Shown: positions 37,601-63,530, counted from the first letter of the stretch. The stretch is DNA of 64,000 nt from Antedon mediterranea (GCF_964355755.1 NC_092679.1:3874201-3938200), one strand, 5' to 3'. Numbers and translations are program-made. The notes: generated by a model not told the origin, from the letters alone.

Positions 37601-40600
37601 ACAGCAAACAAAACCTTTACAACTCTTTACAGATCTATATCCTCATTGTTGGAACCTCATACATAAACCAGGGAGTTGTTTAAACTCCCTGCTTGAACAG
37701 TTATCTTGAATAGCTGCCATCGACGTTGTTAGCCTAGTAATCATTATGAATGAGAAACTATATAGTTTGTGTACTATACTGTATTATTATTACTATTGTG
37801 TGACATTTGTGCATTCCAACTTAACATAACCGCAGCGCATTGAGACGTTTGTGGAATGCGCTATATGAATGAATATTTTAATATGATGTCTATCATTTAA
37901 ATGTATGAGACATGTTGGTTCCACAACGCCCATTCTAAAAATCACTGAAGTGGTACACATTTAAAAATGATAATAAAGGCCTATTGTATCTGAATGGTTT
38001 TTGTTATTGTTACATTTCGGTTAATGGTCTGCAAGATTGTTATGAATATATTGAACAACAACACTATACTTGCCACAAAGTCTTCAGTTATTATTTAGCG
38101 CCACCAGTGGATGGGCGTTTTGATGATTTTTTTTTTCGAAACATCCAGATTAAGTATAGCTATGACACGCCATGTGTGTAAATATGTTTTTTATTTTTTA
38201 TGAAATATAGAACCTAGCAACATTGATATCAAAGTTTCTAAAGCGTTACCTACAAATGTTTTAGTTTCTGTTTTGATTCAGCTTTTTTTCATCGTGTTTC
38301 GATGGTTTTTGTTATTCAGATCAATATGGCTGAATCTTCCATTTGTCAGCTTGTTGTTATTCTTGATTGATTACGAAGGACTTGTTTTATACACTTTCTA
38401 TAATGGTAAGTTTTGTCATTTTTAAAAATTTCATACGCATACAACAGCGATCACAAACTCGCCAATTACAAGACGAATGAACCATTTCATGCTTATAAAC
38501 TAAGTCTCATTTGAGGCTTACGGAATCTAGTTTTTAGGCGCGCACGCATACGTAGATAATTCGATTTTAATTTGACGTTTTATTTCATTCTTCAGAGGCA
38601 CCAAATGTTCCACCAAATGTTACAAAAAGTGACCAAGTAAGTTTACCTTGAATGTTCCGTTTGTTGTAAATAATCTTAAGTTATATGGATTATTTCTCTA
38701 TTCACAATGTCTACGAGAGTAATTAAAAAGACTGTGTCCTAAAATAACCCCTCTGGTCCTACAGTCGCAGTAGGCCAAGTTCCCTGTAAATGGATGGGCC
38801 AATCGCAACTCGCAGTAGACCAAGTTAATTTTTGAGACTTTTGAGAATATTTGTATAAAATAAATATCTGATAATTATACAATCATTTTGATTTTATCTT
38901 TTAGATTATTATTCACTTTGTAAGTGAGCAATTTGGGCATGTACCCGGTTACCAAGGTCTGTTTATTGCGTGTCTCTGGGCTGGTACCCTGAGGTAAGTT
39001 ACAGAACTGTAAGCGACGCAATCATAAAGCTTGGTTCCCACTCAGGACGCAACGAAAGGACGTAAACGCAACGCAAGCGTGTTGACCAATGACTAGCGAC
39101 AGTTCTAATAATCCATCGCTTGTGATTGGTCAACTCACTTGCGTTGCGTAGTGAGAACCAAGATTTAGTATTTGTACGTCAACTGAAAGTTAACTTCATT
39201 CGTACTTTATTTACAATGAATAACATACGCCGATCCACCACTAGTGCTAGTACCACTAGTACTAGTACCACTAGTAATACATGTAATGAACAATTGGCAC
39301 ATAGTTTGCTACGTATGTATACCGTTATACATTACATTAATCACGGCACCACCAACCAACCATTTAGTTAATCCTTTGATATTATGTCTGGCTGCGACAA
39401 ATACCAACAGTACTGTACAATGCACTTATTCTCCGCGGCACGCGTTGTCTCTTAAGTGGCGTGGAACTGATTGTGTCGCAGCCACAGATAAACACTTTGA
39501 TCTCCTTGGTTGAACAGAGTTAAATGTTGCCTAAATGTGTACGACGAATCGGGGATCACTCGTGATTGCATTGGCGGTGAGGTAGCGATATTTAAACCAG
39601 GCTTTGTTTAATGAATGTACACAACTCTTTCTTTCTTTTTCAATCAGCACAATTTCATCTGGACTGAATGCTATGATTGCAGTGACACTGGAGGATATGG
39701 TAAAACCATTCCGCCGCTGGCAAGCCAACAGAAACAATACCGAAGTGGTAGAAGACGATAGAAGTGATACATTTAAATCTAAACTATTGAGTGAGTGACT
39801 ATTATAATACAAATACTCCACAAAACGATTGTAAAGCAACTTAAACGTTAAAATATTTTCAAATTACTTTTACCTGTTATACAATAGCTGGTATGTAATA
39901 GTTGTCTTTTCCATTTAAACCTTTACAAGTAGTCTTCATATTAAATTAGTAAATCGGTCATTACTATTTCATTTCGGAAATAATCCGTCCGTAGATAAGA
40001 CTGAATAAAATTCATGTGAGTTTTCCGAGAGGGCGACATTAATAAACTAGGCATGTTCAGGATATGATAGTTATGTTGAATACAGTATGTGCAATATGCT
40101 TAAACCAAGGAGTTGTAAAATATTAATTATATTAACTCTCTGCTTAAAAATAAATTTCTCCTAAGGCAAATTACTGTAAAAAATGACAATGATGTGGGTA
40201 TCAGTTGCTGTATCTATCTCAATAGAGATACAAATAAGATAAGCAGACAGCTAAATCAAAACGATAAAGTAAAACAGCCAGAAATGAATTTCAAAGCTTT
40301 CGGGCAATAAGCATCCTTCAGTGCATGTGTGATGCGCCCAAATATGGTAGTAATATGCTCAAATAATAGTAGTGATATGACATTATCATGTCCATATATG
40401 AGCATTTTTTGGCCACAAAGTTTGATATTGTAGACAGGTTATAAATCAGTCATGCTATATTTTCTAGATATGTAATTCATTCCATAACATACATTTACTA
40501 AATAACAATATTATCTCTTTTTTTTTTAAAGCGTGTGTTTATGGAGCCATCAGTATATTCCTGGCGTTCCTTGCAGCTGAAATGGGGACGCTAGTTTCTA

Positions 40601-43482
40601 TGGCTAATTCTGTTTTTGGGGCGGCTGGGGGGCCGTTACTTGCAGCATTTACACAAGGGATGATGTGGAAGAGAGCCAACTCTGCGTGAGTGTTTACACA
40701 TAATATTTGTTTATGTTTACCATTGTGTCAATAACCGGAGTGACGTAAGCAAGGTAAATGACTGATAAGAACAGGACAACAAACAACAATTGAAGACAAT
40801 TTGACGCGCACATAAAAGAAGGCTTAATAAATAATAAAAAGTAAAAGATAAATATTTTGCATACATGGTGTGTCATACGTATACTTTAAATCAAAGGAAA
40901 GCTTACAGCATGTTATAATACATGTCTACGTTCACCGTCAACTTCGTAATTTCTTTGTATTGTCACCGAAGTTATAATTTGACTGCTTATTTTTTGCATG
41001 TTGATCTGTACGATATATTTTTTAATTATCGGCAGTTAATAATGGTGGTAATAATGTTGCCCACGATGATTTAACGATCGACGTGCAAAGAATTCTAACT
41101 AGACGATGATAGTCCATATAGACCGACACAACTGGATCGTTTCTACCATGGACCTTAGGTCCATGCTTCTTTCTACCAGTAGGTCCATGCTTCTTTCTAC
41201 CAGTAATGCATCCATTCCCTGATACATCTATGTGATAGTTGCCCCGTAACAACTTCCTGTACTTCCTCGAATGTAGCCGGTCCTTCTACCGAGTAGTCTG
41301 TAAATTTACGTCATCTACTAGATTTATTCACTGAAGGAAGTACGACAATTCCGATAGTGTTTCAATTGATAATTTGTTTTTGCTATCTTACAGAGGGACA
41401 TTAGCTGGGGTTATAGTTGGGTTCATATTTGGTGTATGGATCACGTTTGGTGCAATGCTCAGTGGCGACGATCCAGATACATTTTGGTTATACAAAGTAA
41501 GTCGTCCCTTTTACATGTTTTAAAGATGTATTGTCCCTTGAAACACAAAAAATAAAAAAAAAATATTTAAATTGGCCATATCAAAGTAATATTAAAGTTA
41601 TTCACTTTAAGTCGAAAATTTGAGCCAAAAATAACAAGTTTACGTAATTAACATGTAAATTAATTTGATTACATTTCGTCTGGAAAAAAAAAGCGAAAGT
41701 AAACAAAGATTTCAAATCGCGAGTATTTCATTTCATTTCACATTTATTCAATTAATGAAAACTTAAAACAATGTAAACAATATAAACAAATAAAGGTTTC
41801 ATTAATTTGGATCAGACTTAGTATGCATTATGAATGATGCTAATTGTTTACAACTTGTCACGGTTGAGAAGGTGTTTTCACACAGATTGCGAGGAAGTTT
41901 TATGATTATAGGCCTACATAAAACAAGCATGTTGCATTATGAGATATGTTTGATCGAAAACTTTGATTGGAAGTCAAAGTTATTTTTTGAACAAAAAAAC
42001 GTCTGTATTTCAGTGAAATTTTTTTTTTCGACTAATTTTTGGTGAAAGTTAATAACTATTATGATAATTCAAAATAACCCACTTTTTTTCGAAATATTTT
42101 ATTTTTTTTTAATTCGTCAAAGGGACAATACATCTTTAAATGTTTTTATTTTACTTTTGCTGTAAAATATGAAATAATTGATTTATCGTCATCGTTTTAA
42201 CCAAGGCAATCTAACACTGAGCTCGTTCGGGACTAATTTTGTCGACATAATACAATTAAACGGCGCCAGCATTCTCCTTTCCTAATAAACCTGAACATTA
42301 GTTTCATTCGTTTTAGATATCTTTCATGTGGTACGCCACCATTACGTGGGCAATTTCAACTATCGTTAGCATCATTGGGAGTGAGGTGTATAGATATTTT
42401 AAACCTCAAGAGAAAGAAGAGCCAATCGACCCATCGCTCCTTGTCACATTCTTAAGGTAAGTCTTAGGGTAGCTCCATGGTTATAAATACCCTGTTTACA
42501 ATGCCAGCGAGCTCCAAAGAAACCGGTGTCGTGTCTGGACGTAGTTCCTTTTTATACCCGATTTATTAGTTCGAGGTTCATCCCCTTATGTTTGCGCTTG
42601 TTGTCGACAGAGCAAAGAGGGTACTAATGCGTGGTTCCCACTAGAGACGCAACACAACGACGAAACGCAACGTAAGGAATTTGATCAATCACAAGCGATG
42701 AACTGTCGCTTGTGATTGGTCAACTCGCTCGCTATAAAAGGCGGTTTGATGAAATAAAACTGTTTTGTTTTGTGAAGAAAGGGAAGATTGAGATGAGAAA
42801 GGAAAGATTGAGAGGAGAAGGGGAAGATTGAGATGAGAAAGGGATGATTTAAGGTTTCTAACAAAAAGCAAATTCAAAAAAGAAATGAAAACATATTATT
42901 TGTTTGTATAGTGATATTTATTTATTTTATAAGAGAATTATATTGTATATATTTGAGAGAAAGTGTATTTAAAAAAAAAAAAAAATGTTTATGTATATTA
43001 ATTTTATTTTAGACAAGTTGCCCTAATTTATTTATATAACTATTTATACTTCAATGTTTAGGGGCTGAACTTGATTAGTTTTAACTATTTTTTAGCCCTT
43101 CCCTTGATATAATTATTATTATTTGTATATTATTACAATGTTTATAATTTATATTTATGGGTAGGTAAAGAAAGAAAGAAAGAAAGATGAGAAAGGGAAG
43201 ATTGAGATGAGAAAGGGAAGATTGAGATGAGAAAGGGAAGATTGAGATGAGAAAGGGAAGATGGAGTAAAGTGACGTCGCTCTTTCAGATATTTATATAC
43301 ATATTTGTTTTTATTCCAGACCAAGAGACGTTTACGAGACGGTTGAGCTCGCTGTTGTTTCGAACAACAGGACTAATCAATCTGGCGGTGGTAACATGGA
43401 GTCAGAAGGCGAAGACGGGGATTTGAAAGAGTACACAGTACACAAAAGAAGCCTAGCGCAAACTGCTGAAAACCAGTGTTAA
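28678..43482 (+). CDS. SLC5 sodium:solute symporter, SLC5A5/6/8/12-like (sodium-coupled monocarboxylate/multivitamin transporter-like), 589 aa, 14 exons
   Basis: Exons: 28678-28826, 30886-31105, 32066-32183, 33390-33457, 36337-36491, 36973-37113, 38320-38405, 38596-38636, 38905-38993, 39648-39790, 40532-40685, 41394-41496, 42317-42456, 43320-43482 (1770 nt, all GT-AG, open frame). Motifs: EFLVADRSM..LPIAMTLLASFIS, PAEIYTYG, ITSAYEYLKLRF, VCTFYTSLGGMKAVIWTDV, DPTQR, SQTAVQRFL, GTLSTISSGLNAM, GGPLL, ISFMWY. Confidence 0.93.
32445..32608. mobile_element. MITE family A (PIF/Harbinger-like)
   Basis: AGCTCTCGCTACACTATCAAAC...GTTTGATAGTGTAGACTGCAGAGCT. Confidence 0.8.
35293..35600. repeat. Cluster of AAGCCTGTTTTCCTGTCGACG-type repeat termini (degenerate MITE)
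   Basis: The motif occurs at ~35293, ~35436 and ~35476, inverted at ~35425, and again at ~27756. Confidence 0.6.
36607..36739. mobile_element. MITE family A (PIF/Harbinger-like)
   Basis: AGCTCTGCCTACACTATCAAAC...GTTTGATAGTGTAGACAGAGC. Confidence 0.8.
37206..37362. mobile_element. MITE family A (PIF/Harbinger-like)
   Basis: AGCTCTGTCTACACTATCAAAC left end with a degenerate right end. Confidence 0.75.
39028..39164. mobile_element. MITE family B
   Basis: AGCTTGGTTCCCACTCAGGACGCAAC...GTTGCGTAGTGAGAACCAAGAT. Confidence 0.75.
41524..42135. mobile_element. Family C Kolobok-like element (inverted relative to 7554-8074) carrying a 93-bp insertion
   Basis: TTAA|AGATGTATTGTCCC...GGGACAATACATCT|TTAA; the interior is homologous to the reverse complement of 7554-8074. 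Confidence 0.85.
42779..43262. repeat. Two blocks of a 20-bp purine-rich repeat (GAAAGGGAAGATTGAGATGA)
   Basis: About 3 units at 42779-42845 and about 3.5 units at 43186-43262. Confidence 0.8.
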
Positions 43483-45081
43483 ACTTAGGCGTCACTAAAA
43501 ATAAAACTCCGACCAGCAGTTGGTTTTTTTTTTAGAAACTGCCTATTTTAGGTTGAATTCAATGATGAACAGACACGTGACGGCGCGCGCGATCATGTAT
43601 TACGTCATCAATAAATGATGTATATCCGATTTCGTAATATTTAGCGTAATGATTAATTAGCGCAGAACATTTCTTCCCATGGTATAGAAAACAATAATAT
43701 GTTAATACCAAATTTTATTCTATTATAAATAATTTTCCAAAACAAATTCCCTGTTCTTTTTGTTACAAAGTTAACATAACAAAATGAATGGTTACCAAAA
43801 GGGAAAATTTATGACATTTTATTTTATGAAACTGTCTTCCATTTTGAAGTACCAGTACTTTTCTTGTATTCCAATTGTTTCTTAATTATTATTTATCAAA
43901 ACGCGAAATTAAAGTAAATGTTGGGTGTGTGGGTGAATCAATCAATCAACTCCTTAATTATTTTAGTAAACCCGTGATGAATGTTGGGTGGGTGAGTAAA
44001 TCAATTTATTTGGTGGGTGCTACAGTGGTGCTCCTAGTTTAGTAAACCCATGGATGGTTTGTTGAGTGGTGTTCTATGAAGTCTAACCAGAAGGTTTGAC
44101 CGGTAGATCTGTCCACTCAACCCCGCAGTCAACCATTTTTTGGCATGGGATCCTTCTCTTACTGCTATAAAAATGTTTTCTCGACATCAAAAAAGAAATG
44201 ATAACATTTTTAATGCTTAATCTTTGGTGTTAAGTCAACATTTTTATTTTCGAGAATCGGAATAAATGCTTTTTTTTTCAACACTAGACAATGCAAGTGG
44301 CGTATCTCGGTACGAAGTTACATGTGAACACACGTTTAGTTATAGATAGATTATGTTGTTACGTGTGAACGCGTTCCGGATACGTCACAAACCTTTTTTT
44401 TCTATTGGCTTATTTTCACTATGTGAATGTTTATAAGTGTGACGTCATATTGAGATGTATCATCTCTGTTTAAAGTTCGGCATATTGACGAACTGTGATG
44501 ATGGACATTTTTTTTTTCCTCTCAACTCCCATACTATACAAAGACTAATATTTCAGGACCGATTTTTGTGGAGACCGTTTTTTCGAGATTAAGAGGATGA
44601 CTCATAATTTCATAACGCACATATTCAACTTTTAGAAAATATAAAAATATTATATGTTATTATTATTATTGTTATTAATGTTATTATTATTAGTTTAAAG
44701 CCACCAACAGAATTTTTATTTTAACAAGACTTATTTTATGATTTATGTCCGTATTTGTGTCTTTGTGAAATTCGATTTCGACTATATTTATTATGCTGCA
44801 AATCTAAATTAAATTGTACGAATAATATTGTCAGATAAAATATTAAATCCAGTTAGGCCTCAATTTACTGTATTTTATTGAAATGAATACAACGTTCTAT
44901 ATTTTAAGAATTGTGAAATTTTAATTACTGTACTTTGTATATCTGGTCATTAGAATGACGAAACAAACCAAATGTATCTTTTTTGTATCTCGTTTTTGCT
45001 TCGTTTTTTTTTTTAGACTACGTGCAATTTGAACTTGAACGCATTAAAATCTTGTAATATTTAATTATTATTATTTATTAA

Positions 45082-45325
45082 AGATGTATTGTCCCCAAAA
45101 CATAAAGTATAACATCAATCAAACATATGCCGTTTTGTAATTTTACTATAAAGTTATTCACTTTTGTAAGATTTTTCTTATTAAAAAAAAAAGAAAAAAA
45201 CAGACTGTTAACCAAAAACTAGGTAAATATTTTCAATGTTTAGTGAATAATTATTATCAAAAATTAAAATGGCTGAGAGGCAACAAAAGACAAATTAAAT
45301 TATTTTTTTAGGGGACAATATATCT
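45082..45325. mobile_element. Short family C-related TTAA-flanked element
   Basis: TTAA|AGATGTATTGTCCCC...GGGGACAATATATCT termini. Confidence 0.7.
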
Positions 45326-46647
45326 TTATAAAACATACAAACAATTGTACTTAGGCCTGTGTAATGACGTTGAAGCGGTATGGAAAGCAAGTGTTAAGAT
45401 TGTTGTTATAAACACATCAATATAAAAAACGTTTTCGTTTATTTATAATAATGGCCTAACTTAAAATACAGTTTGCTTGTTGAATTATAATAAACTACTA
45501 TTCTTAAAATATTGTTTTTTCTTTTGTTAAGTGATAATTATTTAATTAACTCTATGTATTCGCGAATTTAGTACGCACGCGCACGTAAATAAATAATAAA
45601 AAAATAAAAAATACGATTTAATGCAAAAGCACTCCTCCATAAACAAATCTCGTAGAGTAGTTTTGCTCCAGGGGATTACTGTAGTGTTTGGAGAGCTGAG
45701 AATTGTAGAATTCGTAATGCGCCCTCATGTGTTGATGTTTCCGTGATTATAAATTTATTAACAATAGTGTAGCTATTAATTATTAGCGAACATGAAACAC
45801 TAATTTCACGTAATTATTTCGTACTTTAGAATACGAAATATAAAAAGAGAGGAAAACAAGTATAATATTTAATAATTGTATTGAATGTTTATTAATAGGC
45901 CTATACTAATGTTGCCAATTCCCACTCAAATCAGAGGGATAATAACAACAAAATTAAAAAGGTGATAGGCATATAAAGTATGGATATAGTAGTAGGCCTA
46001 TATATTCTTCACAGGCTTCTTATTGTATGCTGGATAAAACTACAGTAGGTTACTGACACAACCAAATTATTCAAGCTAATGTTAATAGACTCAGTCCGAT
46101 ATTTAACAATAACTTTTATTTATCCTAATACTTTAGTATGGTCTTCTTGACAAGGGAGATTGTGAAACCATTGAGCTATACCATGGAACTATAGTTCCAT
46201 GTAGTTAATGGCCGGCTATACCAAATATATAGCTCCATGGTGAAACATAAAGTATAAGTATATTGTATCACTAATACTCAATAGGCCTAGCCTAGTTGTG
46301 CAGCTGCGTTTATAATAGACCTAATTAATAATAGTACTATCGCGCGCCAATAGCCCTTCTAATTAAAAACCTTGTTTTCTGCTTTAAAAATCAAGTCAAG
46401 TAGGCCATTTATTACCATTTATTTATTATTTATCACTGACTGCAGGAGGTGTGCAATTGTTTTTTACCCGATCCGATATAGCCTAAAAACTACTAGGTCT
46501 GTGTACTGTGTGTTAGGAAAAAATATTCCATACATTCCACCTGCGTTTAGTTTTAAAATAATGTTGTCTGTGGGTTTTACGATTTGTGGATATTAATTTG
46601 TAAATACATTAAAATACGGTAGTACTTATACAACGATAAACCTTTTT

Positions 46648-46752
46648 CGCGCCAATCACAAATTAATAATCATACTCTCGATATGAATGTTGGGATAACT
46701 CTGCAGCAACGGCCACCAATCGCAATGCGTCCTGATGACATCCAATCAACGT
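46648..46752 (+). promoter_or_regulatory. Cluster of three CCAAT boxes upstream of calmodulin
   Basis: GCCAATCA (~46650), CCAATCG (~46716) and CCAATCA (~46742) lie ~340-440 bp upstream of the ATG exon. Motif match only. Confidence 0.4.
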
Positions 46753-47087
46753 TTAACTGCCTAAATACTACTTTATTTATTCAAATAAAATAGATCCATT
46801 TGCTTTGGAAATATAGAAATTGTTATATATTTTGGATTTTTTTTTTTATCAAAGAATTATTTCTAAGCTATCTAGTAGCTATTGAGTTTGTAGGTTGCTA
46901 TTTTGGCGTTATTTTATTTACTAACTTATTACCGCCAAATTGCGGATTGATAATACAACATTATCAAAAGAGGAGAGTTGAACTTTTTGACTCCGCACCG
47001 CGGCACCAAGACAACCGCTGTAATCTCAGCTAAACAATTATAAAGAAAAAAGTCTTGTTCCACCTGAATTTTTTGTTTGTCGAAATA

Positions 47088-58601
<11,514 letters not shown>

Positions 58602-61600
58602 GAAAGTTCGTTGGACCAATCTGCTAGGATACTAGTACATGTTGTAACATGGAAGACATCCTTCATACTCTTTTTAAAAATGTAGTTCATGTTCATTAAC
58701 GTTTTCTCAGTTTTTATTTTATAAAAAGTGCCAAATTTTTTTTTTCTAGCATGTGGATTGTAAATAATAAGTTGTGGTACAGCTTGTATGTATTCAATTG
58801 TACAATGCATACCGTTTTATTTATTTAATCTTTTTGATACCTTTAATTGTTTCGAAATTCTTTGTCAGTTTCATACAGCCAACGATTTGCAGTAAAATTC
58901 ATTTGATATCTAAAATCTTAGTTTACAATGACAATTTTTTTCCAATTTTCTACCTTAATTTCTACATATGTACGTAGTACTTAGTTTTACAAGATTTGTC
59001 CATATATAACCACATTGATGTTGATTTAAGCCCACAATGGGATACAATCCAAGATTTGCAGTAATTTACATGCAAGAAAAAATATGACTTATACCACAAA
59101 TTTTAAAATTAAAGAATGATTTAGGTTATTTAGGTAACAGTTTTAAGGAGTTAAGAACATGGCCAACCATTCTCCATGTTTTTTAGTGCAGTGTGCAAAA
59201 ATGAAAAATTCCAAACGGAAAAAACGCACAAAAGATTGAGGCTGAAAAGAAGCAATTAAAACAGCGTGGTTATGCTGCCATGTTAGGCTGCTATGTCACC
59301 AAATATCAAGAATATATTACACTTTTTTTGCACCAGGAATTAGGAGACTCTAAACAGACAAACAATATTGGACAAATAGTTTTCAATGAGGACATTTTTA
59401 AATTTCTGAAATAAAAATTTTATTGTAAGTTATATAGTTATTGTTTAGCAGCTGAACTCAACTGAAATGAATGGTAATATTTATGTTGGATCAGTTTATG
59501 TATCTGTGTGTTTGTGTGTTTAAATTATATTACAGTACATAATTGGTTGTAAAATGAATACATATTATTGATGAAAATAATGATTTTAAAACAAAAAGTG
59601 CATTGTTCTTGTTTCCCCATCTACAATAGATATGCAATTTACTTTACTGGTAAATACTTACTTTAGCTTAGTTAAGGAGTTGGTGCTTTTTAATTAGGAA
59701 TTATAGGAAAGTTCTTTACCATGTTAAATCAGCAATTACAATGGTTCTAGTATTAGTATATATCCACCTTGTATGTCTATGTAGGCCTAATTCAAACTTT
59801 TTATCGTCAATAAACCAAATTGGTTCAATTTAGAGTACTTTTCTTTGTATTAATATTTTTAAATATAAGCTCAACATAAGTGGACAACTTGCCTCTACCA
59901 AGACTCCAGAGCTGAAGATTAGTACTACAGATTTACACACACACAACATTCATTGCAATACAGTAAACAACGATGGCGCCCTCACATGGTCAATAATGTT
60001 ATGATACTGTACACTGTATTAATAATTTGACCATACCTCTATGATTTGACAAAGGACGACTAAAATAGTAAAGTGTACTAAGTCGAAGCGGTTGAAGTCC
60101 CTAAAATGTCACATCACTTGTGCATGCACGCCAGCTTTGCATGTTTTCTTTCTAATATTATACAATGTATTGATTCTATTAGCCTTTTATTTTTTCATGC
60201 AATCAGTAAAAAGTCCTAGAAGAATATAAAAACGTCGATATTGAAATGTTGAAATCCATACAGATTGAAGATGAAAAGTACAGTATTGATTTGACATTTA
60301 AAAAATTGATTAATAATAATATTTTAATATTTAGGTCATCTATTTCCTGAAGACATAATGCATAGGGTTGGAAAATCATTTTTTATTTTGTAAACAATAG
60401 AATCGTCGTAAAATGTTTTATATATTAGTTTAAACGATAAGTAAAACTAGTTAAAATGAATACGGATCTGTGTAATACGGCATCAGCTCAGAGTAGTAAA
60501 AGTATCAGACCAATATATATCAGTATAAACGTAAATAAAACTAGTTAAAATGAATGTCTGGACATACTACTGTATCAGCTAGTTAAAAGTATAAGTCGAA
60601 TTTTAAAAATTGTTTACTGAGATGGTCTAATTTTGTAGAAAAGGTCATATTTTTCTTTCATACGTAGGCCTACATCGATGTATCATCCGCCCGTAATCGC
60701 GTCGTGATTGGTCAAATCACTTGCGTCGCGCTTTTATCGTCCTTTGCGTCCTATTTGGGGGAGGAACCAACCACACAACGTCTTGAGAAAAATAGTACCG
60801 GTACGTTATCGTGATCAATTATGTTGATATATATTCCACTTAATGTAATTATTGGTTAATTGCATGGAGCTAATATTGCGATCGATACTAGATCGCACAT
60901 TGAATTATGGGATGGCTTTGCGGTGTTATTGAATGCGGCATTTGAAACAAAAGAAGTTAACGAATGAATTGACTAATTAGGCCAAACACAATTATTAAAG
61001 ATCGTTGGTTAATACGTATTCAAATTGTTGGTTTTTACATACACTCTTTTAGCTACATGAGCATAGATTTAAACAGAGAAACCTAATTGCTGTGTGTGTA
61101 ATCGGCGGAATATTTCACAGTGTAACTACAGGCGTCACCACACACACACAAACCGTTCAAATCATGTTATTGGTTGAATGTTTTAGAATCATACCAGTTT
61201 TCAATTATATATTTTAAAAATAAATATTTACATTTATAAAAACTATAATTCAATCTAATATATATGTTATTGTTAATAAGGAAGGAACTTACGTTTTAAC
61301 ATTATAAAATAAAAGAGGCAACATGCAGACGTGATCATCTTTGCACACTTCTCATGTTTGCTAATGTTTAGGAATAATACTGTTAGTTGTGGCGGTAGGG
61401 GAGTAGTCTTCAATGTTCTAGACCGTATTTCGAAAGACAATAAGACTTTAGTAGGAGAGAAAGGGGGTGGTGTGTTGGCGGTTCTGACAGGACACCACAC
61501 CAAAAGTCATCTTGACTACTGTAGCAGTCAGGTCACTTACTACGGTACGGTACTGTATTTACATGCATGAAAAACACAAACACTGATGCGTGATGTAACG

Positions 61601-63530
61601 TAGGCGCGCGTCGTCAGCAGATCGATATATTATTTACTCTGTGTATTAAACAATGAACGTATAATAATGTTATTCAATTCAATTCAATTTAATTCAACTT
61701 TTATTTCAGACAATTGTCCATATGGTATAATACATTAAAAAAAACTTTAAAAAAAATGTATATTAATTCCTCGCACTAACAAATCTGGGTTGTCCCAACA
61801 ACCTCCGGAAAGCATCATTATAACAAACTTTAAGTCGGTTGATATCTTTTTTTTAAATGATTAGACCATAAAGGAGAACAGTATGTAGGCATACGAAGAA
61901 ATTATTACATTAATTAATCAAATCTATCCAGTTTAAAAGAAAATCCGTGTGTTCGGAAATCAATATAATAAAAAATTGATTTGGAAACTTTTCACAATTT
62001 TAATATTTCTAATCATGTGTTTGTTCCGTTATTGTAACCGTTTATTTCATTTGGTTCATCATCGCAATAGTGGTTCTTAGCAATTTATTCCATCATACGA
62101 ATCCTGAACTGAGCTTTTTATACACATAGTATAGCTACTACTGTATACTACATTATGAATATTATAAGTATACCATATTTTTGTAAAGTCTAACTTAATG
62201 CAACCTTACGCAAAACATAATATTGAGTAATGCGCAGCGAACTGGCACGAATGTATAAATGTTGTAAAACCTCCCATGGGTAAAGCTAAAATTGATGATT
62301 CACCAGCAGCCAAACTGAAGTGTTTATTAGATAATCAATGGCGGAACATACTATCAGTCTAATATTCTTTTAAACGTCTCGCATATACAAAAAGTTGATA
62401 CACAGCTTAATTTAATTTAACAATATAGGCCTATTGCCTGTTCTAGCAGAAGTAACTTTAGCGATGTGATTGGTTAAAGTATCACCCTTTTGATTGGCCA
62501 TTGAGATTTGCTGTCGTTGTGCGCGTTCAATGGTCGTTCGTGATTGGCTGTTGTAACAGTTCGTTGTTTGAGTGTTGGTGCACTAATGGCAAATGACATT
62601 CAGTGTAATACTATTTCCATGAGGGTTAAAAATTATTATTGATTTTGACAGGAATCGATCCAATACCGGTAGTGTAATATCATTCAAAAAAAGGAATGTT
62701 TAAACGAGACAAAAATGTCGAAATGAACTTAGATATAGTATTAATTACCATTACATTAAGAGTTTCTATTGGATTGTCTATAGTAATATCAAACTCATCC
62801 ATAATTTTGTACTATCTATACCCTCTTACTCTTTTCTGTTTGAAAGCTTGTACCAATTTTATATGTAAATCTCTCGCAATTCAGTTTTATTTTATATATA
62901 CTGCAAAGAGAAATATTGAATAAAAGCAGAATGAATGAACTTATGTATAAGCAATCGTATTATATAGTACGGTACGTCCCAATATTTTGTAACGGCGATG
63001 CGATGTCGGTTGGCGAAAATATAACTTATTCTTTATACAATTGTCATTAACGAATGCCACGCGTATGATTGATGTATTAAATGCGTCCACATGATTGCGC
63101 GCTAACATTTGACTCGCATAATCATACTGCGCCGTGTAAACACACGTTTGGTCTAGTCAGGCTGTGCCTTTTCACTTTTGATAATACATTAATAATATTG
63201 ACGAAAGGTAGACAAACGCTAACGAAGGCCAGTGTTTTGCGATGTGTGAAAATGTCGAAGCGACGTACGAACGTATGGATTTTTCCAAACGTGAACGTGA
63301 AAAAGCTTTCACGCGTACATATTGTTGATTATTAGTCAGGTATTAAACAAACTATTAATTAATCCAAATTATCGATCAGGTTGCAGTGAGAGAAATGTGT
63401 AAACTGAATGCATCTGTGCTAAGCGGGTTACCAGTTGTCAAAACAAGACCAAAGTGAAAACCACACTTTCGTTTCGCTTCGCAACTCACTTATTTTTATC
63501 TTCTTTCCGAATACACATTCGCAAATAAAC

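Noticed and set aside
61670-62400. Minus-strand LINE remnant suggested by a (TTCAA)n tail
   Set aside because: I could not recover a recognisable reverse-transcriptase peptide, so it is not supportable as a feature.
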